Numbered from the whole stretch's first letter, positions 1-13,550 are shown. The stretch is 62,974 nt of DNA, filler included, from Choristocarpus tenellus KU-1152 (GCA_964200185.2; 13 parts of 13 records of this genome joined end to end with filler, not necessarily neighbours in it); one strand, 5' to 3'. Numbers and translations: made by a program. Notes: a model not told the origin generated them from the letters alone.

Positions 1-374
1 AAGAGAGAAAAAATAAAGGATAAGGGAAGAGGAGGGGGATAGGGGGGGGGGGGGGGGTGGGGGGGGGGGGGATGGGTAGAACAGTGCATGTTATAATAGG
101 TCTTACATCTCCCTTCCTGTATATATATACATACACATGTACATATATAACATGGCACTCTGAAATTTCCCTCAAGGTTGCCTGGATTAGCTTGAGAGAG
201 TCTCAAGATGGTGATGAGCAAGCCTACCGATCTGTAGATGAGAGAGTCTTCCTTCTTGCTGCACTCACCTTCGAGTGAAGAGGGTTTGGAGGAGATCAGT
301 AAGGCGATTCACACACAGTGTAACTAACACAGTGGCAGTGCATCAGTAGTGCAGTATGGTGCTTCCAAGTACAA

Positions 375-452
375 CTCATCATCAATCACCATCCATCAAT
401 CATCATCATCAATCACCATCCGTCAATCATCATCATCCATCACTCATCAATC
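375..452. repeat. Degenerate CAT/CAAT simple repeat next to the GPD2 exon-4 donor
   Basis: catcatcaatcaccatccatcaat-type units repeated in tandem. Confidence 0.8.
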
Positions 453-463
453 TCAGAACTCAC

Positions 464-1518
464 CCTGAACCAAAATCTTCTGCCTCCACCATGGCCGTAT
501 TGAATCCACGCTTTGCTGCATCCAGGGCCACTAAAGTAATAATAAAAATTTCACAAAATATATATATATGTAATTAGAATAAAAATATATATATCAGTAC
601 CGCAATTTTAAGTACACATGCATGTAACTCTAAGTTGGGCTAACGTGAGATGCTGCCGCCTCTCTTGATAGTGTTAGACACGAGCAGCGATGACATCCAG
701 GGTGATAAACACACAAGCAATATAATATGCATTTTTTCACAAACGTACTCCAGGACAGGGTTAGGGCTGCCATGGCGTTACAATAATCATTGTGATACAA
801 TACTATACTACACTACACTAACGGAGAAAAGATTAAATCAAAAGCTAACAATACAATACTATACTATACTAGAAATTGAATCAAAAGCTAACACAACACG
901 AAACGCCAGACAAAGTACTAAAAAACTGCACCACTATTACCGGGGCTACATCTGGAGAGTACATGATACGTACCAGTCCATGAGTACATGATGCATGACG
1001 CACGCTACATGGAACGGCAGGCGAGCTCGTGCCTGCCGTTCTACATGGATGTCAGGTGCAGCACTAGAGTGTACTCCAATAGGAGTCCTCTTTTTACCGA
1101 GAACAGATAGGTCAGGACGCACACATTTCGATGTCAATGGACGGCGTCCAACTTCCGACGACCGAAGGCTTAAAATTAAAATTGAAATTGAATTAACCTT
1201 AACCTTAACCTTACGGGGTGTACCCGTGTTGGCACCGGTCGATGCGGAGGAGACTCTAATTGAATTAGTGTCTTTGAGACTACATCAGTACCTGTGTAGA
1301 GTTGAGCACTCACACTGCCAACGAGGAGGACCACAAAAGCCACCCACCAGCAAAGTAGAACCATCTAAATATCTAAATCTAAATATCTAAACCGGAGAGT
1401 GAGGAGAACATCGCAATACATCACAACATGGACACGCCGTCCAAGGGTGGTACCTGACCGGCTTTAGATGAAAATATCCAATATGAACACCTCTTCAACA
1501 TAAAAAAAAATGATAGTA

Positions 1519-1549
<31 letters not shown>

Positions 1550-3910
1550 GGAAAATGTTCTTCAAATCATCTCTGCTGAGATGCACAGACAAACGTGGCA
1601 AAATTTGGTACTAACCTTCTGTATGGAGTTGACAGAGGTTGTCAAACACTTGAAGCTGTGAGCTCAAACGCCTTACTAAGTACCCACATCCTACCACACT
1701 TCAGTTACACTGTACTGTACTGTTGTACTCAAGTTTCTCCATCACATTGCCTTGCCTTGTCCTGAGCTGTTTGACTTGATGGTAATGCTCAGTCCTACAG
1801 CCCACATGACAAAAGGATACACTGCAAACATGAAAGTTAACTTGAGTTGAGTTTTCTAGGATATACCAATCCAAATCTCCTTTCCAATCCAAATCTCCTT
1901 TCCTAGAAAAGTCTTTACATATTCTTTTCGGAACTACTCATGATTTTTCCCGAATCACATGTACACCTCTATCCTTGTACTGCTTCAAACAAGCTGCACA
2001 AGAAGATCCCCTAAATATCTACCCTACTTCAGCTCAAACAAGAACCTTACCCCTGGGTGTACAAAGTTACAATAGTAATTCTACAGTGAACACCCCATAC
2101 CCGAGGAAATTTGAGAAAGTAAAATCCAGGACAATCACCTCCTGAGCCGACACAGCCTCCCCCAATGATCAGCACATCAAATATCTCTTCCTTTAGCCTT
2201 TGTATCTGCTGCTCTCGGCTTGGTGCCAGGTATGGTATCACAGAGGTGCCGTCCCTGGAGAGGTCCCAGAGGTGTGTGTGTGTGTGTGTATGTTGATGTG
2301 TTGTCGCATGGAGACGTGTGCAAAGGTACAGCCATGAGAGGAAGAGGACATGAACAGGTCATGTGTAAGACTAGAATATACCATTATTATGGTTGGTCCT
2401 TGCAAAGGTGACTACATAACCCTAACCCTAAGTCAGACAATCGCATCGTCGCCGCTTAATTCGTTGTTGTAGAGCCCACCGCTTGATCATTAGGCCAGGT
2501 CTCGTGAAAGTATCTAGAAGCACTAAAGAGTTTGAAGAGGAGAGTACCAGAAAGGCAAGAATGACTCTTGCACAACACAAGCCTATCACACTACTCACTA
2601 CTCACTACTATCTCCAATTTGAGCACATGTGAAACAGGTCTATGGGTCTGTATTCCCTGACACTACATCAGTCTTTCTGACAACTTAAAAGAGCTCTTGC
2701 AGATGGTGCAACACACACGCAACTCGCATTAGGAATCAGGCTGCTAGGTTGATACGGTTATTCGTGACACAAGCAGCAACAGATGCTGTGGAGGGGGGGG
2801 GGAGGGGGGGGTGATACCCACCGACATCGGATTGGTGACGCCTGTATCTTGCGCTCCTTTGCGTGCAGTCTTATTCCACGACAAAAAAAGTGGATAATTG
2901 AAAGTGGAAAAAAAGGGAAGTTAGGTGGCCAGAGCACACAGGTAAAGGACTCTTGCCAGTTATGGGAAAAGGTGGGGGAGGTGCACGAAACGATGAAGTC
3001 TAATGACGCAACACAGGCGGAGAGACATCGCTTCAAGTTGTAGTGTACGTGTTTTCTCTGTAAATGTGTCTTACCCGTCTGTTGCAATGCGCAATTACTG
3101 TGTACGTACGACCTTTGTTGGGGATGCTGTTGACCAGTTGGAACATCATAATCTCAAAATAGCAACCTACAATAATACAATCTCTCGTTCTGTTCGATGA
3201 TTGGTATCGTATCGAATGAACAGATAGACAGAAATGGGAGCATGCAAGCGTGCTTAGGCTGCTGTGTAAGTGTATAGATGTTTGCAATGGCTGGATAATC
3301 TTCGGTGCAGTTTTTTCCTGATTACCATCCATACTGCTCGGTGAAGAGTCAGCACTTGAATTTCCAATACCTCAATCCATACTTGGAATGAGGGCCAAGA
3401 CCACTCTATATCTGTCCCGGCAATGCTCCAGCATAACCAGCCTTTCCAAGGCCGCGCTAGCTATAGTACCCATTAATTTCACTTTCAAGCAACCTCAGAT
3501 CTTTGAGAGAGGAAAGTTGCCTTGATTCGCTGCAGGACCCACCATCAACGCCCTACCTACAAAGCCATTTGCATCGGGTATTACCTCTTTGTCTAAGAGG
3601 GCTGATTTCTAACCTCGGAACTTCAACACTGGAGGACTAGTCCAAGCTCCGAAGCGAGGAGGGGAGAAATAAAGAGATATGCCAGCACTTCACTTGTGTT
3701 TCGCGCAGCAATGCCAGACTAGATCGATACCTTTAGGTAGCAATAGATACTAAGCACAAGCGTTTTCTGGAAACGTCTCCTGGTTGTCCTCATACAGCAT
3801 TCAATAGTCGTATGCAGATAAAGAAAAGATCAGTATACCCACCGTCCATGCCGCATGAGGGCTTGGCTGGCCCCGAAGGTCAACACAAAGCTTAGCATAC
3901 TGGTGCTCAT
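464..3910 (-). CDS. GPD2: Mitochondrial-type FAD-dependent glycerol-3-phosphate dehydrogenase, 5' part (exons 3843-3910, 2822-2869, 2139-2254, 464-530; continues beyond window start)
   Basis: Four GT-AG exons join in phase: MSTSMLSFVLTFGASQALMRHGR-LHAKERKIQASPIRCR-DGTSVIPYLAPSREQQIQRLKEEIFDVLIIGGGCVGSG-VALDAAKRGFNTAMVEAEDFGSG. FDVLIIGGGxxGxGxALDAxxRG...E..DF.SG is the GlpD/GPD2 FAD-binding N-terminus. The first two exons rest only on splice sites and phase. Confidence 0.88.
1005..1048. repeat. 28-bp hairpin flanked by an 8-bp direct repeat (micro-transposon or footprint candidate)
   Basis: CTACATGG [AACGGCAGGC GAGCTCGT GCCTGCCGTT] CTACATGG. Confidence 0.55.
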
Positions 3911-4382
3911 CTTTAGTAAGACAACAGTCCAAGCCGCTTGCCTCCTGAGTCACAGAACAAAGCACTCTTCCCTTGGCAAGTGCTCAAAGGATTTGATTAT
4001 CCTCGCTGAGATCCTGCTGAATCGTTCTGTTCACCTCTTACTTTGGACCGAGTAACATCCCTAGTATTCAACTAGAAACATTCATCATGTAGACCAATTG
4101 TTCATCAAATCACGTAACACATAGCACTATTGAGCATATTCCATTATCTTATAAATTGTGAAGGCGTCGCCCAGGATCCAGACATTGTGGGCCTTGGGAC
4201 CATATCAGAAGACCGCAGGCAGAAAACAGGAGAATATCGAGAGGGTTTGAGATACTTACTGAGGTTTTGAGTTGATAAATTCAATTTTGAGAGGGAGGGT
4301 AAGGGTTTTACTTGTTGGATCTCTCAAGAGAAAGAGTGGAACCAGGCAACCGGCCAAGCTTTTGAGATTGGACGTCGCAACC
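3911..4382. promoter_or_regulatory. Putative bidirectional promoter region (GPD2 / CCT5)
   Basis: 472 bp between divergent ATGs (3910 on -, 4383 on +); CpG is not depleted here. Confidence 0.6.
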
Positions 4383-6382
4383 ATGTCGATGATCTTCGAT
4401 GAATACGGTCGGCCCTTCATCATCCTGAGGGAGCAGCAGGCTCAAGCGAGGATCAGGGGAAAGGAGGCACAGAAGGTCGGTGTGATTTGGCGTAGAGAGG
4501 AGGGGTTGGAAGAAGTGATAGAGATGCCGCTTTGGTATAGAGAGACTGAACGGTCAACCACCAGCGAAGAAGTGTTCTAGTCGCACAATTTCTGCGCCTA
4601 TTACATTTGGACTGCGACTGTATAGGGGATGGTTGGTTTCTACGTAGAAGGATGTGACCTCATGGGAGCATACCGCCTGATTCACACTGTTGCAAACTGT
4701 GGACATCAGGTCTTCGATTCTCAAGACTACCTTGTCTTTCCTATAACCGGATGCCGCCTCTTGATACCCACAACGCACCAATTCCCCTCGCCCATCCCAA
4801 CTTCCTTCATGCTGGTGTGCGCAATCCTGTTCCAGTCCAATATCCTTGCTGCACGGAGTGTGAGCAACATCCTTCGGTCGTCTCTAGGTCCAAAGGGTAT
4901 GGATAAGATGCTCGTCAGTCCAGATGGCGATGTAACCATCACAAACGATGGCGCCACAATCCTCAACAAGATGCAGGTTGAGCACCAGGTGCGTGCACAG
5001 GGTACTAAATGGTGGAGAAGGGTATGGGTCTAGCATCTCAACCTGGACATAATTTGTTACATCTTGCAATAGCACCTAATTTTTTGGCAAGGTCGAGTCT
5101 TCTTGGGATGCGTGTACGTCGATTGTATCATTTAGTGATACATGAAACAAAGCCATATTTTTTCAAGACATCGACCATAAAAGAGGGAAGGTCATCCGAA
5201 CAATATCAAGAGTTGGACCTGAGAACTTTACTTTGAATACCAGTGCACTGGAAGATACGGGAGGCGTCAGGGAAACACCACCGAATCTCAACGTGTATGC
5301 AGCTCCGGCACAATACACAATGTGCAAGACCTCCATCATCCATCACCTTTCAGCTGTTTACCATGCTCACCTTTAAATTTATCCTGCCTTTGCTTTCATT
5401 CTTTGTTCCACGTGCCCCACACTGCGCTACCCTGCCCGAACCCATCCCACTTCGCACTGCTGTATGCTTCATCAGGTGGCGGCCTTGCTTGTGGAGCTCT
5501 CCCAGTCACAGGATGATGAAATCGGAGATGGCACAACCGGTGTGGTGGTGCTTGCAGGGGCGCTGCTGGAACAGGTGGGTGTAGTGATGGGTTGTACCAA
5601 GTTGGACAATTCACAGTACCTCCTAAGAATGGTTTGATGGTATTCTGGTTCAGTATAAAATTTCACTTGCACCTGCCCTATCAAACCTTCACTGTTAGAA
5701 AAGAAAAAAAAATAGGAACGTCTTTGATGCATCTGTTGTCGTGGACAGAGATGAGTCGCACAGGCTTTTAATGTTCAAAATAACAATATCAGTAACTAGC
5801 TAGTGCTAGATGTAAAGCGGCTGATATCTGTAAATCTAAATATTGTCATACTGCCCCCCTCCATAAATAGTCTGGCATTGAAGGGTTCAAAACCTTGAAA
5901 TTAATTCAGGGGGCACCAAAACAGTTTTCTGCCCTAGCTACCCTGTCACCCATACTCACATATCTAAAAAAAGGTGCACAAACACTCAAACAATGCTCCA
6001 TCTCATGCAATAAAAGCCTGCCCCTGCATGATTTAGAAGCCCTGCTCCCCCCTACAACAGTGATGATAAAATTATTATTATTATTATTATATCACCAATG
6101 ATTCAATACTGTGGTCATTGCCATGTTGCTGTTTGTTACACACAGCAGTAATGAGCAGAAGTGCCCCAAAGAAGGCAGATAGGCACCTAGCACCTCTCGA
6201 GACCATTCCAAGTCTTTATTGCTGTGCTTCTTTTGTCCCCCATTTTACAGGCAGAGAAGCTGCTGGATAGGGGCATCCACCCGGTGCGCATTGGGGAAGG
6301 CTTTGACCGAGCATGTGGCATTGCAGTGAAACACCTTGAGAGCATCGCAGACACTGTTGACTTCTCCAAGAACAACACTGAG
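4383..6382 (+). CDS. CCT5: T-complex protein 1 subunit epsilon, 5' part (exons 4383-4475, 4836-4988, 5476-5574, 6251-6382; truncated by contig end)
   Basis: [18 protein letters not shown] is the epsilon-specific N-terminus. Also [43 protein letters not shown] and [11 protein letters not shown]. All introns are phase 0, GT-AG. Confidence 0.97.
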
Positions 6383-6846
6383 GTGAGAGGTTTGACATGG
6401 GCAAGGCAAAGGCGGTAATGCCTTGGGTAATTGTGTATTTTGTGATAGTTTATGTTACATTTTGTGTACGATGTGATGCATTGAATAGTAGGCATCCACT
6501 GCATCTACCTCATACTTTTGACTCAACTAGTAGAAGTAAGAATCTGTAACCTCTGGGGTAACTTCAACTCCGTACATTTAGTGTGTGAAAAAAGAACAAA
6601 CCGGACAAGGGATCGATTTTTAAAAGACACAGTTGGAAAATGTGCGTATGTGTGTATTGATGTAGTTCCCTCCCCCCCCTTGTTGAGGGTGTACAGGGGG
6701 TAGAAGAAATTGGAAGGGGAGGGGATTTGAATATGAATTCCTGTACTATTTTTTTTTTCGGAATAAGCTAGAACGGTTTTGGGTGGGTGAGAGGAAAAAA
6801 AAATGTTTAAACTGATACTGAACAGTGAAAGCATGTTTTCCACGGG

Positions 6847-6946
6847 NNNNNNNNNNNNNNNNNNNNNNNNNNNNNNNNNNNNNNNNNNNNTTAATTAATT
6901 AANNNNNNNNNNNNNNNNNNNNNNNNNNNNNNNNNNNNNNNNNNNN
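6847..6946. other. Artificial contig-joining linker N44-TTAATTAATTAA-N44
   Basis: Identical 100-bp spacer with stops in all six frames. It recurs at 13004, 21395, 25501, 31501, 36764, 39404, 44397, 47431, 50230, 53889 and 58332. Confidence 0.99.
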
Positions 6947-7199
6947 GGGGGGGGGGCATGTGAGGGGGAGGGGGAAGGGGGGGGGGGGGGGGTGGGGGGG
7001 GGTTTGGGGTTGGGGTTAGGGTTGGTGGGAGACATCCCAGAATTGACAGTTAGAGGGCACAATGTGAAAGCTAACCCTAGTTCTATACCATTAGAGTAGC
7101 CTGTACTTTGCACTTGACCAATAGGATGCATTGTTGGCCCCACAACCTCTCCCACCTCCTAAATGTTGGTATCACTCTGAGTAGGTAGGGGCTGGAGTA

Positions 7200-10100
7200 T
7201 GGGGTTGATCTTATTGTGGATTTGAGTATGTTGGAGTGTGATTTGTATACATATTGCAACTCTCTCCATAGCCCAAGGGTTGGGAGTGCTGTGTTGTTGG
7301 TATATGGAGGGTAATGAGTAGATTGCTTTTGAAGGTGAGGGTTAGGTTTCGGTTTTGGATGGGCCAGAGATGACTGGGGGAATGGATAAAGAGTGTCAAG
7401 ACATTGAGATGCAACTGTTCCACTGAGGCTCTATTCTCTTATGAAACTATCAAGTAGAGAATTAGTGGAACAGTTGATTTTCAGTACCTTGGAAATATTG
7501 GAGGCTGAGAGGCATAATGGCTTCTTCTATGGGGGCGTTGCCCCTCAGGTGGAGCTTGTCCTTTCAATTGTCAATATTCTTGAGTGAAAGTATGTTCATG
7601 GAGGCAGTAGTGTTGGGTGAGACTAGTGCATTGGAGGAGCTGTGGATGATGACTTGAGGGTCCAGTTGGTGTGAGAGCAACTGAGGTAGTGCTTTTAGAA
7701 GAGTGCTACAGTACAGTTGAGTTGAACCCCAAGGCATATGTCTTATGGTCCGGAAATTGCTTGTTTTCTACCTACCATTGGCTGACCATCTTGTCCATCT
7801 TTTGTTGTCCCATGCATGTGATGTTTATTTTCTTGAGAGTAGGTGCTATCTGATGCTGACCCCACTGTGAAGAAGATTCGCATGTTGTTCAAGAAGGTTT
7901 ACCAAGGCAGCATCAACAAGGCAAGGATTTGATACAGAGTGCATTAGTCATGCAGTTGAGGACATTGTGTTTGTGTGCATATTCTAGTGAATATTACACT
8001 GTTTTACTCCTCGCATTCATGGTTTTTACTTTTATTCTTCATGTGTGCTGACTGATTTTATTGGTATTGTCTAGGAAGTGAAAGGCTTGTTACAAATTTT
8101 TGTTTTTGTTGTGGTTTATATCTGTAGTCCATACAGTCCATACATGTCTAGAGGTGTACACTGGTGTATGCACTTCAACATGGTAGCAAAATCGATATAT
8201 ATATATAAATATATAAATGTATGTACAGATATAGGGTTGCAGATAAAAACATACTTATCCTGCATGGATCAATGTCAGCATAGATTTTTATTGAGCACTT
8301 TTTGAAAATGTAGATAGGGTCCATGGAGATGTTGCATTACTTAGATCGGGGGATCAACATGCCCTGGTGTTGTGTTGTACAGCTTGGGCAGTAGTCCATG
8401 CATTTGGGAGAGTGACCCCTAGCAACAAAGTGTTTGTCTGAAGTATTGTGTAAGACACCACTGATGCGTGTATTGTAGGGGGTATGATAGGAAGACCTGT
8501 ACGTATTTTCTTCTGTGTCAGAAGTAGTCCAACCGTTGAAATATATGGAGTTATGAAAGTTGCTTCAACAAGCTGTGGGATATCCATTCTGAAATGTTGT
8601 CAAGCATTTCTCCGATCAACTAGTATATAACTATAGGATTTTGGTCAATCCTATTCACTGTAGTGGAAACAGGCATCAGTTAAATACCCACCCTTCACCC
8701 TTCTTCACGGAGCATGCTGCGGGCATACTCATGACATCTGCCCTCCTGCCTCTCTCCTCCCCCTCTCCATCCATTTTGTTTCTTTCTATGTTTGCATGAG
8801 CTGATTTAATCCCCGACCAGTATTAGGAAGATTTTAAGCACTGTGTTCCAGATATCACTTGTGAAAATGTTGTGTAAGAAGTCCGAGGGTAGAGTGAAAA
8901 AAAAAATGGTGTGTGCTATGTGTGCTGACTCTTGAGTACATGTGTTTGTGCTATTGACACTCTAGTTGTCTGATACGGATACTACCTTTTAGAAATTTGA
9001 AACCCGAGAAGTCAGGTCAGCTCTTAAGGACTCTTAACTCGTTGGCGATATTGGCTCACAATACTGTGCGCCTCCTTGAGGTTTTGCGCCTCCCACTCAA
9101 ACTTTTTGCCTCATATTTCACTGGCTCTATCCGACTCTACACCATTTATTTTCTCATTTGTTGCTCCCTGGGTCATCTCATGTCTCCTGTATTCTAGTAG
9201 TAGTCTGTGATTGTCGTGCTGTAAAGCTACATACCTGCTGTAGAAAGAGTTGTAGGGAGTCGTGAAGAAGGGTACACAGTATGTATAGGTCTGGAAGACG
9301 CACCGCCATGCAATCGGCTCTAAGTCTGGTACCACACACCACTGTCACACACTCTCTCTCCCTCACACACCAAGAAGTCACCCACATTGATTGACACGGG
9401 CTCAGTTCTCTTCACTCTCTGCAGTATGTTAGTGTACGATAAACGCTTCATTCCCCGTTCTGGAGAGACATATATGATGAGATATAAGATTAGAGGGTCT
9501 AAGAGTCTCTTCTGGGAGACTGTTTTCAACCTCTCACACAATCTTTTCCACTATATCCTCATTGTTGTCTTTTTTGGCCACATGGTTTTTGTACCTCTGT
9601 GTGGGTTTTGTGTTGATGTGTTTATACATCTTGGGATGTGTTTACGTCAAAGCTCACTTTGGGGGAGAAGGGAAAGACCGACCCTTTGTTCCACAGCTAT
9701 CAAAATTGGAACATGTAATGATTTCCTGCAGTAATGATCATATTCCACCCCCCTTGATGTATTTGTAGATGCTACCTACATAGGAAGGAATATATATTGG
9801 ACGTTAGAATGGAAAACTATTGTAGGTAAGTTCCAACGCTTTGGGCAAGCTGTAACTCTCTGATTTGTTGTCCTGTTTGTAGGGTGCATGAGGTAGTATT
9901 GCCCTTGATGAAGCGGCAGTGTGTTTATACAGATATACAGGACATTCTAAATTTCACTCACCCGTGGGTTGCACTATAGCTCCCAGATGAACTCATTGAT
10001 GCAGATCACGTTCATATTCTTTGGTGGTGAACCTTCTGAAAAATTTCCGTCTCCTTCTCACACATGTGCTTTGTTCATGGATGCACCAGTGCAGTGCGAT

Positions 10101-12960
10101 TGTGATTGAATGCAAGCGGACTGACCAATTAACTTTTCTTGACACTGTAACCTCCTTTTTGCAACATCAGCTTTCGCTGGATCCGGTCAAGGTTGGAGAG
10201 GTGGTGGACAAGATAGGCACGTCTTGCCTGGCCCCACTGGAAGCATCCAGGAATGCTGGGTGGGGACCCAAGGGAGAGGCGTTCTTGTTCTACAACCTTT
10301 CAGATCGGGTGTGCAAAAGAAGAGATTAAGTATTTTTGTGTATTGATAATATTTTATTGTTTTTCTGTGTACATGTAGTAGTGGTAATAGTGTACATGTA
10401 TTGCACTTAGGATAAGAGCAAGGTTTGCTCAGTAAATATATTTGCTAGTAGTGTGCAGGTGTTTGTATCATAGGTATATTCTACAGGAGCAGTTTGTAAC
10501 ATGATCAGTGCTCGTGTTGAAGGTTTCGTGAGTCATTGGCTGGTCAGAGGAAACATGTTGATGTTGTTACTGAGGTTTATTTGATATGCAGCTAGATCAG
10601 AGGCTTCGTATAAGAGAGCTATACCTGTGGCCTCTCTTGCCCATATATATATATATATATATATTTGGACATTAGTTTGGAATATATGAGTTCACTTTAC
10701 TGAATTGTGAGCCGAGATTGGGTCTATTCTTTTGTTTGACAGGAGAGGACTGCCAGTAAACTCTTTCAGAGGGTTTGGGGGTATAGTGTATTTCTAGTAA
10801 AGCAACATTTAGCCAAATGATTCTCTGAGTTATTGCATGCTCCTCTCCCCCCTCCTTGAATAGTTTCATCAAAGAGGATGGGATTACAAATCCTAAATCA
10901 CTTCGCAAGGTTTTTGATTGGGATTTTGAATGTGAATGGTGGTGCTCATGAACACATGTGTGATAAATGACTATGGGATGTAGTCAGTGGTTGAGAATGG
11001 ACCTGTCAGCACAGTGTGCCATCTGCACAGGAGTTGAGGTGGGAAGTGTGGCAGAAATGATCTTCAGGTCAATGCCCAAGAGGTTTGAGATTGGTCATAT
11101 GATTGATGATTCCGAGGGAGTCTAGCTCTGCCACGGTCAACTCCCATAATGTTGGTTTACAAGCCAGCAGTCTCAGTAAGACTTATGATGATATTGTTCA
11201 TATTATGACGGGATGTAAAGGATGATCTTGGGGTATCAGTTCACCCTGCATGCTGAGATTTGGTGAGTCTTCCTTTTTATCATACATTCTTTAGAGAGCA
11301 ACTTGCAGGTCAGTTAACTAAACTACACTCTACCCCCCCGGGTGACTCTTGTTTTGTGGTTCTGGTCTTGCTCCTTTCCTCTGCCTATAGCTTATAAGCC
11401 AGGCAGAGCTGCCGCAGTTTGATGCGGACCATTATGGAATGGCATTTCCGGTGGCATGTGTTGCTGTGGACATCATGACTCTCAAGCCTGGCCTGTCCAA
11501 GCTGTTCTGGGGGATGTTCTACAGGTACGATCTACCATATTTGTGTGTTGGGTTGTGAATCAAATTATTTGGTAAGCTTAAATCGTGTGATTGTTTTGTC
11601 TACTCTGTGAGTCATTGTGAGCCTGGTCATGCCACTGGAGGTCTCAGCTTCAATGTGATCTTCCTGCTGCATAGTTTCTTAATCTTGAGTTCTGCCAACC
11701 CTCCAGCAGCAGCTGAATTCCCCCGTATCCTTCAAGGGGAGCTGTAGTGGAACAGTTGGCCTCTATGGGTTGGGCTACTGCCTCTCAGCATGGACAATGT
11801 GTGACTGCTCCATCACAACAGCTGCGTCTGCCATTTCCTGTGTTAGATGCTTCACCCTAAAGATGTCTGCCATTTACTTTCCTACTTGCAGTTCCAGATT
11901 ACATTACAATTTCTGCATGCTCACAGTATAGGATTCTGGTTTGTCTTAGAGTCCAAAATTGTGACCATTGTTTGCTTCCAATTGAAGACTCCTAGCTACC
12001 TGCGCAGGCGTTCAGAGTAGGTAAATAGCGGAATGCGGATGGTGCTGGTTAGCAAATGAAGCAACGACCACTGCTTCTTTCAGCTCTGTGGGTTACTGCA
12101 GGGTAGTAGTTTCAGGTAGCAGATTCTAAGGTGCAGTTTGCAGCACTTACCACCGCACTTGTTAGAGTAGCCTTGTGATATCATTGAAATAAGATTGTCC
12201 TTGATAAGAAAACTTTGTACCAATTGAGGTTTGTACCTCAGGGTTTTTAGCGTAGAAGTGCTGGTGTTGCCAACTTGTTGATAGTCGCATGAGGATTGTG
12301 TGATTGTGTGTGGTTGCTCTAATGACAAGAAAGAAAAAATAGTGAAGGCAGCAGAAGGGGGAGGGAGGGAGAGAAGGTGGAAGATATTTTATACTTCTTT
12401 ATCAAGTCTAGTGGGAATGTCATTAGAGTCAACACCTGAGTACAGCAAATCGATGTGTTAGGTTGAAGTTTGTGTAAAGGATAATTACATGTGGCGTGGT
12501 ATGATGAGAGGACCTACAGATGAAAGGCAACAGGGGGTCACCTTGATGTGCTTCGGTTGGCCAAGGCCAAAGGCTCTCTGTGGCATGGAAAAACCCATAG
12601 TGGTGCTATGTAAGTAGGCAGCGGGTATATGGCGGAAGTGAAATAGGTGGCTGCCCAAAGCTGGCAACTGAATGAGATACACACTGCTTATACTGGACTG
12701 GGGGGACACCTGGATGTGCTTGTGTGGGAAATGGCAAAAAGGTACCTAGGAACCTGAAAATTTGCCCTTTTGTTGCAGAGGGAGACCACCTACATATTTG
12801 ATGTGGACAAGAGTCATTGTTTATCCTTGAAACCTGAGCACCTGCTTGTTTGCTGCAAAGCAGGGCAACTGGGGAGTTTCTAGCGGGTTAGGGTCAACAG
12901 TTGTCCTTGGAGCACACAACTGCAAGTTCTTGCACCCTTGAGAGTGTCAAGGTGACCCTG
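7200..12960 (-). mobile_element. Highly degenerate non-LTR retrotransposon (LINE) relic
   Basis: Decayed RT motifs in the expected order on -: SPVALLC (~12870, cf. YRPIALL), HQGDPLLPFI (~12535, cf. RQGDPLSP), YFNDI (~12185, cf. YxDD), R*LGVF (~11995, cf. YLG), AAGGL (~11700). HNVLNC near 7960 may be a C-terminal zinc-knuckle remnant. The extent below ~11000 is uncertain. Confidence 0.6.
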
Positions 12961-13292
12961 TTTGGAACAAAGAAACAGTGTAAGGGTCAAAGTATCTGGG
13001 GGGNNNNNNNNNNNNNNNNNNNNNNNNNNNNNNNNNNNNNNNNNNNNTTAATTAATTAANNNNNNNNNNNNNNNNNNNNNNNNNNNNNNNNNNNNNNNNN
13101 NNNTCTTGAAGGCGACGTCCGTGATGGCAAAGAACCAATACTCGTCGCCCAGCCCAGCCTTTGCCAGTTGACTCCTTGCTGCCCCCATGAGTTGCTTTAT
13201 CGCCCTTTCGGTGATTCCGTTGCTCTGTGGTGTTCTCGGTGGAGATTTCCTCCATCGGGTACCGTTGTTCGCCAGCATCCTTTGGAACTTCA

Positions 13293-13550
13293 GAGCCAAA
13301 GTATCTTAGAGGGTAGAGCCGCGTCCATTTGGGGACCAAAATCCAATGTTGCGATTTCAATGTAAATTTGGCTATCTGGTTTGTTAGGAAGTGTCAGTAT
13401 CCTTGTTCCGAAGACACTTTTTCATAACATACACATTTTACCTACTCCGAGATATTTTGGAGTTGGAAAATGTCATAAAAACCTCGAGAAAAACCAAACT
13501 CCAAATGGACAAACAGGGCAAAACTCGTACCCTCTAAGATACTTTCTCTC
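13293..13550. mobile_element. MITE family A (Sola2-like), inserted in the copia integrase
   Basis: TIRs GAGCCAAAGTATCTTAGAGGGTA / TACCCTCTAAGATACTTTCTCTC with perfect 4-bp TSD TTCA. Removing it restores the integrase frame GELGRSVKFQRML. Confidence 0.92.
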
